DNA of 37,115 nucleotides from a virus (taxonomy: Duplodnaviria > Caudoviricetes): positions 1-37,115 of IMG/VR virus record IMGVR_UViG_3300046171_000001. The stretch is one strand, 5' to 3'. A program made the position numbers and the translations under genes. The notes under the pieces were generated by a model that made no database searches, was not told the DNA's origin, and saw nothing but the letters and a program-made list of their open reading frames with translations. Within the stretch, counting starts at the first letter, position 1. Every line of letters begins with the position of its first letter. Below, piece by piece: positions 28,470 to 36,444 of the stretch.

Positions 28470-28812
28470 AATGTTTTGCTTCTTTCATTTGATTAATCAT
28501 TTTAGTTTTCCATGTTTCAAAATTAATCTCAATCATTTTCTTTTCCCAATTCCATTTAGCTTCTTCACCAACAGCATCAGCTAATTCATCAATATGTTGT
28601 TTATATCTATCATCTGATCTTGCTTCACGTTCTTGAGCATTGACACTATCCAATTTACCTGTATTGGAATTTATCATTTTTTCTTTCATAATCACAGCCA
28701 ATAATATTTTACGGCCATGTTGTAATCTTTCTAGGTTTTTCTTAGCTTTTGCATGGTTCGTGCCGATTTCTCGTAATTTATGCATATGCTGTTCTGTTAT
28801 TTCTTCACTCAT
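28450..28812 (-). CDS. Helical hypothetical protein, possibly recombination-associated
   Basis: AQEREA...Y..H...W.T pattern; ATGA-coupled to the helicase. Confidence 0.6.
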   Translation of the reverse strand: MSEEITEQHMHKLREIGTNHAKAKKNLERLQHGRKILLAVIMKEKMINSNTGKLDSVNAQEREARSDDRYKQHIDELADAVGEEAKWNWEKKMIEINFETWKTKMINQMKEAKHYGLKKD

Positions 28813-30302
28813 ATTGATAACTCCTTCATGTTGTATGATTTGGCTCTTGCTATATTACAATGAATAATAAAACCCATTGTTTCTTTTGATGTAGCAATTG
28901 GAAATACTTTTTTACTGTGCGGAAAATGGCCAAATTTTCTTTTGAAAGTATGACTGGCCCAACCTTCTTTAAAACCTTTTTGTTTAGCATAATACAATAG
29001 TTCAGCATAAAACTTTTGTTTATCATCTGTCTTAACTTTCATTTTAGGAAGTTCAATTAATCTACCTTGTTGTATCAATATAGCCTGTTCTTTTTTGGTA
29101 GGTATAAAACTACAGTTAGGACATTCTGGTTGTTCTTTAGAAGGTTTATAAACTGTATCACATTGAACACACGTAAATGGTTGTTTCTCAATTGGTTCAA
29201 TTTTCTTTTTTTCTTTTTCTTTAATTTTAGATACGGTCAATTGCCAATCTGGTACATCTTCTGGAAACCCATGCTCATATACACATCCAGAATGATCTAT
29301 GATAAGTGTATCTTTTTTATTTTCAGCAGGTCTTAATGCTCTACCAACCATTTGCAGATACATAGAATAAGATTTAGTGGGCCTTGCTATAATTACACAT
29401 GATATTTTAGGTTGATCCCAACCTTCTGTTAGTACCATGCAATTAGATAAAACTTTTATTTTATCATCTTGTAAATCTTGTAATACTTTTTCACGTTCTA
29501 TTTCTGGCATCTCACCATCTATGTGACCCGCAGGAATACCATTTTGTTTAAATATATTTGTAATGTATTTAGAATGTTTAATAGACGTACCAAACACAAC
29601 AGTAGGTCTATTCTCACCATACTTGATCCAATGAGTTACAATATCACCAACTAATTTAGGTGTATTCATTCTAGTGTCTAATGCTTTTTTTTCATAGTCA
29701 CCTGCCATGATACGAATGTTTTGTAAATCTGGTATTGATGGGGCAACTATTCTATTAGGTACTAAGTAACCTTTTTCAGTTAGTTCTTTAATCGTACCAC
29801 AATTGACTAATTCCTGATAAATATTACCAAGACCACGCCCATCATTTCTACATGGTGTTGCAGTTAAACCAATTACCCATGCTTCTGGATATGTATTAAT
29901 TAAATCTTGGAATGATTTAGATGTACTTCTGTGGGCCTCATCCAATATAATTACATCAGCTTGTGGTTTAACAAAATCATCATTGTCTTTTCTTGCTGAA
30001 AATGTTTGAACACTTGCTACCTGTACATCAGAATAAATACTACCAGACTTACCTGCCATAATAACTCCATGTTTAATTTCAAAGTCAGCAAGTTTTCTAC
30101 TACATTGCATAACAAGTTCACGTCTGTGCGCCACAAACATTCCAAATCTATTATTTTTAACCAAGCCCTCCATCATAGAACAAGCAATAACTGTTTTACC
30201 GCTACCTGTAGGGGCAACTAATAATATTCTTTTTTTACCTTCTCTAAAATGTTGTCGTATATCTTCAATTGCTTTTTTTTGATAATCTCTCAATAAGTTC
30301 AT
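28809..30302 (-). CDS. SF2 DExH helicase (RadD/YejH-like) with Zn ribbon
   Basis: LRDYQ, APTGSGKT, DEAH, TATP, QMVGRALR, CxxC...CxxC; start at 30302 by TAATG overlap. Confidence 0.92.
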   Translation of the reverse strand: MNLLRDYQKKAIEDIRQHFREGKKRILLVAPTGSGKTVIACSMMEGLVKNNRFGMFVAHRRELVMQCSRKLADFEIKHGVIMAGKSGSIYSDVQVASVQTFSARKDNDDFVKPQADVIILDEAHRSTSKSFQDLINTYPEAWVIGLTATPCRNDGRGLGNIYQELVNCGTIKELTEKGYLVPNRIVAPSIPDLQNIRIMAGDYEKKALDTRMNTPKLVGDIVTHWIKYGENRPTVVFGTSIKHSKYITNIFKQNGIPAGHIDGEMPEIEREKVLQDLQDDKIKVLSNCMVLTEGWDQPKISCVIIARPTKSYSMYLQMVGRALRPAENKKDTLIIDHSGCVYEHGFPEDVPDWQLTVSKIKEKEKKKIEPIEKQPFTCVQCDTVYKPSKEQPECPNCSFIPTKKEQAILIQQGRLIELPKMKVKTDDKQKFYAELLYYAKQKGFKEGWASHTFKRKFGHFPHSKKVFPIATSKETMGFIIHCNIARAKSYNMKELSI

Positions 30303-31120
30303 TAGTATCTTCTCCATATATCGTTTAGTTGAAACATAACTTCGTTTAAATTTTCTGGTGGTACACATGAGTTTGCAAATTCAATAGCTTCACCTTTTGC
30401 ATAGTCGTAACTTTCACCACGTTTTTTTATAGCTATTAAAATTTTAACTAACTGTGCATGACGTTCACCTGCATTGATACCGTAACGAAGTGTGCCTGTG
30501 TATTTACCTTTATAAGTTGATGGTGTGTAATCCATCTTAATAGTTTTTTGCTCTGGCCTTTTTAATTCCAAACCTTCTTTAATTTCTTTCATAGTGTAAG
30601 GCATATCAGTTGTACATTGAATTATTTTTACAGGATATGGATTTTTTTTATGATGATAAAAACCTGCAACTCTCATAATTCTAGGCAAATCTTTTACAAC
30701 AGGGTCAGAATTAAATTTAGATGCCAATGCTTGTTGATATAAAGTAAAACTTTCTAAAGGCATATCTTTTACTAACCAATAACAATGGTATTTTTTTGGC
30801 GAAGTATTTACAATTAGATTAGGTGGAATATTAAAACTATCTGGTAGTGGTGTACCATCTAAATCTATAAACACAGCCCTAATCTTTTGTATGTTTTTAG
30901 TTGTACGACCAAGACCATTAGTTTCATTTACTGTAAAATATATACCCGCACCTTTACTGTTAAGTTCAGCCAATTCGTGAAAGTGTACTTTTATACTTCC
31001 GTGCAATTGTTTTATTAATCTTTTGTTTAGGCCCTTATCATCAAATGTTTGGAATGAATGATGTTTACCAAAATAATCAAGAAACATACTGTAATGAGAA
31101 TTTTCGTTAAAACTACTCAC
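30302..31120 (-). CDS. RepB-like (AEP superfamily) primase
   Basis: FIDLD, TSP.KYHCYW, D.PRIMRVAGF and C-terminal GER helical (PriCT-like) domain. Confidence 0.8.
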   Translation of the reverse strand: MSSFNENSHYSMFLDYFGKHHSFQTFDDKGLNKRLIKQLHGSIKVHFHELAELNSKGAGIYFTVNETNGLGRTTKNIQKIRAVFIDLDGTPLPDSFNIPPNLIVNTSPKKYHCYWLVKDMPLESFTLYQQALASKFNSDPVVKDLPRIMRVAGFYHHKKNPYPVKIIQCTTDMPYTMKEIKEGLELKRPEQKTIKMDYTPSTYKGKYTGTLRYGINAGERHAQLVKILIAIKKRGESYDYAKGEAIEFANSCVPPENLNEVMFQLNDIWRRY

Positions 31121-31316
31121 AACGATAACCCAAAACTAAATAACCCAGTTTAGTATAATGACCTGCTCTCATATCATCAGTTTCTTCTCTGTATTCTAAT
31201 TTTTTTAAAATAGCATTGCCATATTTAAAACAATCTACGTTTTCTTTTTTAGGCATTGTTATTTCAGTTAGATTGCAAGTAGCGCAAGTTAAAATAAAAA
31301 ATATTATTTTTGTCAC
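31113..31316 (-). CDS. Hypothetical protein
   Basis: Probable GTG start overlapping the upstream TGA; Cys-containing. Confidence 0.55.
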   Translation of the reverse strand: MTKIIFFILTCATCNLTEITMPKKENVDCFKYGNAILKKLEYREETDDMRAGHYTKLGYLVLGYRCE

Positions 31317-31708
31317 TTGCTCTCCTCTAAACTTTCTTCCCCCCATCTAATTTTAGCACCTAACTTACCTGCTACTACTTTTTTTTTTCTATTTTTAATT
31401 TGTTCCTTACGTTCAGCTTCAGCTTGAATACATATTAAATATTTTTTATTATCTTTACCTTTTACTTCTTCAAATAAATGTTTAATTTTTGGTAAAATTT
31501 TTTCAATTTTTTGTAATCTACATCCACACATTTTAGCAATTGTTTCATTATCAAAAGGTATTTGATATCCCCTCCATGCATGGCAAAATAATAAAATATA
31601 TGCACCTTGTTCTTCTAAAGATAGTTTCAATCTATTTGGGTCACTTATCCAATCACTTGCATAAAATTGAAACGCAGGTGATTGTTCGTCTGTCATTGAT
31701 TTTCTCAT
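31313..31708 (-). CDS. DUF1376/YdaU-like replication initiator, N-terminal domain only
   Basis: PAFQFYASDW....LSLEEQGAYILL...W and AGK.GA..RW; stops 9 residues later. Confidence 0.8.
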   Translation of the reverse strand: MRKSMTDEQSPAFQFYASDWISDPNRLKLSLEEQGAYILLFCHAWRGYQIPFDNETIAKMCGCRLQKIEKILPKIKHLFEEVKGKDNKKYLICIQAEAERKEQIKNRKKKVVAGKLGAKIRWGEESLEESK

Positions 31709-31720
31709 ACTATAAATTCC

Positions 31721-31767
31721 TTGAGTTTAGTTAATTTTGTTTTAAACCAAAAAGAAATGGGTGTCAA
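31721..31767 (-). promoter_or_regulatory. Sigma70-like promoter of the replication operon with a downstream degenerate box
   Basis: TTGACA (31762-67) N17 TAAAAC (31739-44); box 31721-34. Confidence 0.6.
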
Positions 31768-31789
31768 TAGGGGTATCTTGTGTGCAGTT

Positions 31790-31895
31790 GGAGATGAAGG
31801 TGAAGATGAAGGTGAAGGTGAAGGGCTATTTTTTGCCATTAGCAAAACGATAGCACTTTTTAGCAGAACTATAGCGGTGCTATAGCGGTGCTATA
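31790..31895. repeat. Iteron-like repeats and GAAGRT hexamer run; candidate replication origin
   Basis: TAGC at 31840, 31851, 31861, 31872, 31883; (CTATAGCGGTG)2; GAAGRT run at 31790-31824. Confidence 0.65.
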
Positions 31896-31918
31896 AAAAA
31901 TTGTTGAAAAATAAAGGG

Positions 31919-31970
31919 GTATGAGGCGGAAAACTAAACTTAGAGAGAGAAAGAAAAAACCGCCCCATAC
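31919..31970 (-). terminator. 11-bp stem with 30-nt pyrimidine loop downstream of cro-like gene
   Basis: GUAUGGGGCGG/CCGCCUCAUAC pairs fully (one G-U) only on minus-strand RNA; followed by CCCUUUAUUUUU. Confidence 0.5.
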
Positions 31971-32010
31971 AAAAGGTATATTTTTACGCTAAATTGTGGA
32001 TGCGCTACGC

Positions 32011-32220
32011 CTACCTTACAGGCGCAATTTGTAAATCTGGTCTAATATATTCTATATCAAAATCACCAAGTTTTGCAATCTGATATGCTCTAAAAGGTGG
32101 TATTACTTTCCATTTAGATACAGCAGGATGTGAAATACCCAACATTCTAGCTAAATTTTTACCACCGTATTGATTAACGATTTCTTTTTTTCGTTCCATT
32201 GCTATTTTAAGATTGCTCAT
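32011..32220 (-). CDS. Cro/YdaS-like HTH regulator
   Basis: GG..LA..LGIS.PAVS.W..IP..RA...IRPDL signature. Confidence 0.85.
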   Translation of the reverse strand: MSNLKIAMERKKEIVNQYGGKNLARMLGISHPAVSKWKVIPPFRAYQIAKLGDFDIEYIRPDLQIAPVR

Positions 32221-32419
32221 AATACATATTTTTTATTCTCAATAGATATTTCATTTGTTCTTCAGTATCTATTAATTCTTTTGTGGTTGATAATATAGCT
32301 TCAGCTTTGTTAGTGTGTTGAGGAATTACAGATGACTTATCTATATTCACAACATCTTTTTCTAATCTTTTAGCTTTAGCCTCAAGTTCATTTATTAGTT
32401 CTGGTAGTATTGTAGCCAT
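32207..32419 (-). CDS. Hypothetical coiled-coil protein
   Basis: 70 aa, first gene of leftward unit. Confidence 0.6.
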   Translation of the reverse strand: MATILPELINELEAKAKRLEKDVVNIDKSSVIPQHTNKAEAILSTTKELIDTEEQMKYLLRIKNMYYEQS

Positions 32420-32426
32420 GCATAAA

Positions 32427-32473
32427 CTTATACATTTTTATTAACATATGTCAATTTATTTGACTTTGGTTAA
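32427..32473. promoter_or_regulatory. Back-to-back promoters, each -35 inside a palindromic box
   Basis: Minus: TTGACA (32449-54) N16 TATAAG (32427-32). Plus: TTGACT at 32460. Boxes at 32441-54 and 32460-73. Confidence 0.65.
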
Positions 32474-32529
32474 TTACTGTGAAATAACCACATCCAATCA
32501 ATAATAAATATACAAAAAAGGACAAAAAT

Positions 32530-33132
32530 ATGACAAGTATAATAGCAGGTAGTGGAGATGCACCACGTTATCCAAGTGTATCAGTTGGCGTACATAAAGC
32601 CAGATGTGTAAAGATCATTGATCTAGGTACACAAAAATCAGATTTTAACGGTGAGATTAGTTGGAAACGTCAAGTTCTAATTATCTTTGAAACACCAGAA
32701 GAACTGAATAGTGAAGGACAACCATTAACAATCAGTAAATTCTATACGTTATCATTACATGAGAAATCTAATCTTGGTAATGATTTAACATCATGGAGAG
32801 GTAGAGCATTTAGTGAAGCAGAAAAACAATCATTTGATATTTCTAAATTACTTGGTGTACCTTGTTTATTGAATGTTATGGATAAGAATGGGAAACCAAG
32901 AATATCATCTATAATGCCAATGAAAAAAGGTGATCCAATTGCTGAACAAATTACTCAAGGAGTAGTGTTTAGTTTAGAGGATTTTCAAAATGGTAAAAAA
33001 GAAGTTTTTAATAATCTATCTGAAGGTATTAGAAACATTATTTTAAGATCAAAAGAGTTGGAAGGCATGAACCAAGATCAAGGTGATGAGGGTAATGGTG
33101 CAAGTGTCGGTGATAGTCCAATCCCATTTTAA
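32530..33132 (+). CDS. NGO0469-family replication protein, probable ssDNA-binding protein
   Basis: H.ARC..IIDLGTQ, YTLSLHEKS.L..DL.SWRGR motifs; acidic tail ending DSPIPF. Confidence 0.7.
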   Translation: MTSIIAGSGDAPRYPSVSVGVHKARCVKIIDLGTQKSDFNGEISWKRQVLIIFETPEELNSEGQPLTISKFYTLSLHEKSNLGNDLTSWRGRAFSEAEKQSFDISKLLGVPCLLNVMDKNGKPRISSIMPMKKGDPIAEQITQGVVFSLEDFQNGKKEVFNNLSEGIRNIILRSKELEGMNQDQGDEGNGASVGDSPIPF

Positions 33133-34037
33133 TGATTATAACTAATAACTCAAACTTACCAAAAGTAATTGAACGGGCTGTAAAAAATGACCCCTATGAT
33201 AGTAGTGGGTCAGACATCTCTACTACCCGTTTGATTGCACCCCCTAGAATTAGGGTCTTGCAAATGAGAAATAATGATTTGATTAAAGAAGATGTGTCTG
33301 ATCGTATATTTTCTTTATTGGGCCAATCAGTTCACCACATTATAGAACGAGCAAAAGTTGCTAGTGATATAGCTGAACGTAGATTGTACTATAAAGATGA
33401 TAACATCACTAACGGTTGGACATTATCGGGTGCTTTTGATTTGCTTACAGGTGACGGTAAACTTATAGATTTTAAAGTTACTTCAGCTTGGTCAGCATTA
33501 GATGCTTTAACAAATGGTAAAATTGAATGGGAACAACAATTGAATGTTCTTGATTTCTTATGTCGTAAAAACCAAAAAGATTTAACTAAATACAAAAAAG
33601 AATTAAAAGTTAAATCATTGTCTATCATGGCTATACTACGAGATTGGTCTAAATTAAGAGTAATGCAATCAGACAACTATCCTAGAAAACAAGTTGTTAT
33701 GATACCTATACGTAGGTGGTCAGATCAACAACAGGAAGACTATGTTAAAGCTAGAATAAAACTACACCAAGACGCAGAGAAGATGAAAGAACTACCTTTG
33801 TGTACAGCTAAAGAAAGATGGCGTAAAGAAGATCAGTTTGCTGTTATGAAGGATGGTAGAAAATCTGCTTGGCGTTTATTTCCTACAAAAGAACAAGCTA
33901 AACAATTTATCGTTGGTGAAAAAATGGTAGAAGGTAAAGGCTGTGCAATTGTAGAACGTAAAGGTGAAGACGTAAGATGTCAGCACTATTGTAGTGTCAA
34001 TGAATTTTGCTCTCACTACATGGATGTATCATTCTAA
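33132..34037 (+). CDS. PD-(D/E)xK exonuclease (Cas4-like fold)
   Basis: G...H, SG.FD, IDFK, QLN motifs and C-terminal C...RCxxYC....FC. Confidence 0.8.
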   Translation: MIITNNSNLPKVIERAVKNDPYDSSGSDISTTRLIAPPRIRVLQMRNNDLIKEDVSDRIFSLLGQSVHHIIERAKVASDIAERRLYYKDDNITNGWTLSGAFDLLTGDGKLIDFKVTSAWSALDALTNGKIEWEQQLNVLDFLCRKNQKDLTKYKKELKVKSLSIMAILRDWSKLRVMQSDNYPRKQVVMIPIRRWSDQQQEDYVKARIKLHQDAEKMKELPLCTAKERWRKEDQFAVMKDGRKSAWRLFPTKEQAKQFIVGEKMVEGKGCAIVERKGEDVRCQHYCSVNEFCSHYMDVSF

Positions 34038-34255
34038 TGAGTGTATATAAAAAACAAGTAGGCGGTGACCATTACAAAAAAATGGTCATCCAACCTGCTA
34101 AATTTATTAATGCTAATAAACTTCTTTACGCAGAAGGTGCGGCCATCAAATACATATGTAGGCATGGCTTAAAAGGGGGTCTAGAAGACATAAAGAAGGC
34201 CATACAGTACCTTGAAATGATTAAGGCTAGGGATTACTCCAAAAAGAAAAAATAA
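34037..34255 (+). CDS. DUF3310 protein (T7 gp1.7-like)
   Basis: KQVGGDHY...IQP...G.AIKY..R...KGG.ED..KA..YL; TAATG start. Confidence 0.85.
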   Translation: MSVYKKQVGGDHYKKMVIQPAKFINANKLLYAEGAAIKYICRHGLKGGLEDIKKAIQYLEMIKARDYSKKKK

Positions 34256-34292
34256 TACCAATTAACCTCTTATTCTGATAAAATAGGAGGTT

Positions 34293-34367
34293 ATGGATTA
34301 CAGATTTACAGCAATATTAATAATACTTATGTGTTTATTGGCTTTTTTAGGAGGCCCAGCGACATGA
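34293..34367 (+). CDS. 24-aa hydrophobic peptide
   Basis: MDYRFTAILIILMCLLAFLGGPAT*; AGGAGG RBS; ATGA coupling. Confidence 0.5.
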   Translation: MDYRFTAILIILMCLLAFLGGPAT

Positions 34368-34504
34368 TTGATAGGTTTTTATTAAAATTTTTTGGTGGTC
34401 TGGATAATATATTTTCATTTTTAGAAACATACTCAATTAAATTTTCTGTTTGGTTATGGCAATCAAGAGTAAAGATATTAAGAAGAAAGAGAAAAAAGAA
34501 ATGA
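34364..34504 (+). CDS. 46-aa amphipathic protein with basic tail
   Basis: MIDRFLLKFFGGLDN...RRKRKKK*; AGGAGG RBS; ATGA overlaps on both sides. Confidence 0.6.
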   Translation: MIDRFLLKFFGGLDNIFSFLETYSIKFSVWLWQSRVKILRRKRKKK

Positions 34505-34665
34505 GAGATACAAAAGTATTAGAGCAATTTAAAAAGCATACAGAAAAAAAACTTAAAGAGATGAATGTATTTAAACTTTTAAAAAAAGAAGTAAATCATG
34601 GTGCTAATGGTACACAAAATTATGTAATTAAAAAAGGTATTAATAAAGGTAAAATTGCTAAATGA
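34501..34665 (+). CDS. Small basic protein
   Basis: MRDTKVLEQF...GANGTQNYVIKKGINKGKIAK. Confidence 0.6.
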   Translation: MRDTKVLEQFKKHTEKKLKEMNVFKLLKKEVNHGANGTQNYVIKKGINKGKIAK

Positions 34666-34850
34666 AACGACAACACAACACAGCTATGATTGCTTTACTT
34701 GGTACAATTCTTTTAGGTTTATCTACTTATGTATTGATAACTATTGTAGAATTACAAGTTCATGTTGGTATGCTTACTGAAGAAATAATGTCTGTAGATA
34801 AACAAATAGGTAGAATTTATAATCATATGGATAGGTTAGCTAATGACTAA
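34662..34850 (+). CDS. Membrane-anchored coiled-coil protein
   Basis: N-terminal hydrophobic helix; ATGA coupling. Confidence 0.6.
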   Translation: MKRQHNTAMIALLGTILLGLSTYVLITIVELQVHVGMLTEEIMSVDKQIGRIYNHMDRLAND

Positions 34851-35058
34851 ATTTTTACTTATATTACAAATGTGTTCTGGCATAAATGGTGAATGTACAC
34901 AACCAATTCAGTACCAAAAATTGTTTAATAATTATGCAGAATGTGCTATATACGGCTATTCAGCAAGTGTTGAATATTTAGGAAAGACAGATTTTAATAT
35001 GATTAATGAACATAAATTACACGTTAGATTTTGGTGCAAAGAGGGTAAAGATGCGTAA
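34843..35058 (+). CDS. Small Cys-containing protein
   Basis: L.L.MCS...C...F..Y.EC...G...FWC pattern. Confidence 0.6.
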   Translation: MTKFLLILQMCSGINGECTQPIQYQKLFNNYAECAIYGYSASVEYLGKTDFNMINEHKLHVRFWCKEGKDA

Positions 35059-35278
35059 GAAAAAAATAGTAAAAAAAACTCCTGTATCTGCATCACATAA
35101 AATGATTGCTTTTAAACTAGATGAAGTAAAAGAATTAGTATTAAAAAACTCAAAAGACATAGAAGATTTAAAAGCCCAAGTAAATATGGGTAAAGGCGGC
35201 ATAAAAGCTATATTTGCAATTGGTTCATTAGTTGCTATTATATTAGGAACAGGAAAGTTTTTTAAATTCTGGGGATAA
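35051..35278 (+). CDS. Coiled-coil protein with C-terminal membrane anchor (lysis-associated?)
   Basis: Basic N-terminus, NMGKGG then a hydrophobic helix. Confidence 0.55.
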   Translation: MRKKKIVKKTPVSASHKMIAFKLDEVKELVLKNSKDIEDLKAQVNMGKGGIKAIFAIGSLVAIILGTGKFFKFWG

Positions 35279-35281
35279 TTT

Positions 35282-35662
35282 ATGTGGTTAAATGCAATAT
35301 CATTAGCACTAAAAGCTGGTACTCACATATACAAAAATAAACAACAAACTAAAATGCTTATGTCAGATGCTCAAATGCGTCATGCAGAAGCTATGGCAAA
35401 AGGTGAAAAACAATACGAAGGCAAATTGTTAGAGGCTCGTCAATCGGACTGGAAAGATGAGGCGGTTCTTATAATTTTAAGTTTGCCCGTGTTGGTACTT
35501 GCGTGGGCCGTGATATCGGATGATCCTACAGCAATGGATAAAGTTCAATTGTTTTTTGATATGTTTTCACAGCTTCCGTCATGGTTCACTAATCTTTGGA
35601 TACTTGTCGTGGCGAGTATTTATGGTATAAAAGGTACACAAATCTTTAGAAACAAAAAATAG
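35282..35662 (+). CDS. Putative holin
   Basis: WKDE + hydrophobic helix, LP.W...VVASIYGIKG; upstream of lysozyme. Confidence 0.65.
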   Translation: MWLNAISLALKAGTHIYKNKQQTKMLMSDAQMRHAEAMAKGEKQYEGKLLEARQSDWKDEAVLIILSLPVLVLAWAVISDDPTAMDKVQLFFDMFSQLPSWFTNLWILVVASIYGIKGTQIFRNKK

Positions 35663-35670
35663 GAGATACA

Positions 35671-35805
35671 ATGGCTAAAAAAGGTTTATACGCAAACATC
35701 AATGCTAGAAAAAAAGCAGGTACATCTAGACCAAAATCTAAAAGTACAATTACTGCTAAAGCATACAGTAACATGAAGTCTGGGTTTAAGAAAAAATCAT
35801 CATAA
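35671..35805 (+). CDS. 44-aa basic protein
   Basis: MAKKGLYANINARKKAGTSRPKSKSTI...; AGGAG RBS; TAATG-coupled to lysozyme. Confidence 0.65.
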   Translation: MAKKGLYANINARKKAGTSRPKSKSTITAKAYSNMKSGFKKKSS

Positions 35806-36236
35806 TGTATGAAGAACTAAAAGACCGTATTAAAGAACATGAGGGTTTTAGAAATGTTGTTTACAAAGATAGTCTAGGTTTTGCCACAATTGGGTACGGT
35901 CATTTAGTCAAGGAAAATGATCCTTTTGTAGAAGGACATACATACTCACAAAAATTATTAAACGATTACTTTGAAATAGATTTTACTAATGCTGTAGTTG
36001 GTGCTGAAAAATTACTAGGTAATCAAGATATGAATTACAAAGCCAAATGTGTCATAATTGAGATGGTATTTCAATTGGGTATGACAGGTGTATCTAAATT
36101 TAAAAATACATTAAAAGCTGTTAAAGAAGAAGATTGGGATACTGCCGCAGATGAAATGTTAGATAGTGTTTGGGCCGAACAAACTCCAGAACGTGCTAAC
36201 GAACTTTCCTCAACAATGAGAAGTTGCAAATATTAA
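35805..36236 (+). CDS. Endolysin, GH24/T4-lysozyme-like
   Basis: HEG.....Y.D..G..TIGYGH catalytic motif; M.FQLG, WA.QTP.RA. Confidence 0.92.
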   Translation: MYEELKDRIKEHEGFRNVVYKDSLGFATIGYGHLVKENDPFVEGHTYSQKLLNDYFEIDFTNAVVGAEKLLGNQDMNYKAKCVIIEMVFQLGMTGVSKFKNTLKAVKEEDWDTAADEMLDSVWAEQTPERANELSSTMRSCKY

Positions 36237-36258
36237 AAATTAAACTATAAGTTTAGTT

Positions 36259-36444
36259 ATGTTAATCATAGAAGACGTAATTGTTAATTACGGAAAAAAT
36301 GAAACTGTTGAAATAATTAATGATGTTCATATTTCAAATGGCATTGTTAAATTTATTGATCCTAAAGAACAACTTAAACAATTAGAAGAACAGATTGATG
36401 GTTCTCCTGCGGAGTTATATGAACAAAAGAATATTAGTGATTAG
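36259..36444 (+). CDS. Hypothetical protein
   Basis: 61 aa; preceded by TTGCAA-N16-TATAAG. Confidence 0.55.
   Translation: MLIIEDVIVNYGKNETVEIINDVHISNGIVKFIDPKEQLKQLEEQIDGSPAELYEQKNISD

Noticed and set aside
31839-31895. CRISPR-like mini-array
   Set aside because: 11-bp abutting repeats with no spacers; fits iterons better.
33132-34037. Cas4 as part of a CRISPR-Cas system
   Set aside because: No other cas genes or array; solo Cas4-like nucleases are common in phages.
119-35202. Other short antisense or out-of-frame ORFs in the track (e.g. 119..379, 7219..7527, 12453..12773, 17736..17993, 25430..25621, 33389..33676)
   Set aside because: They overlap better-supported genes, lack RBS and have shadow-like composition.
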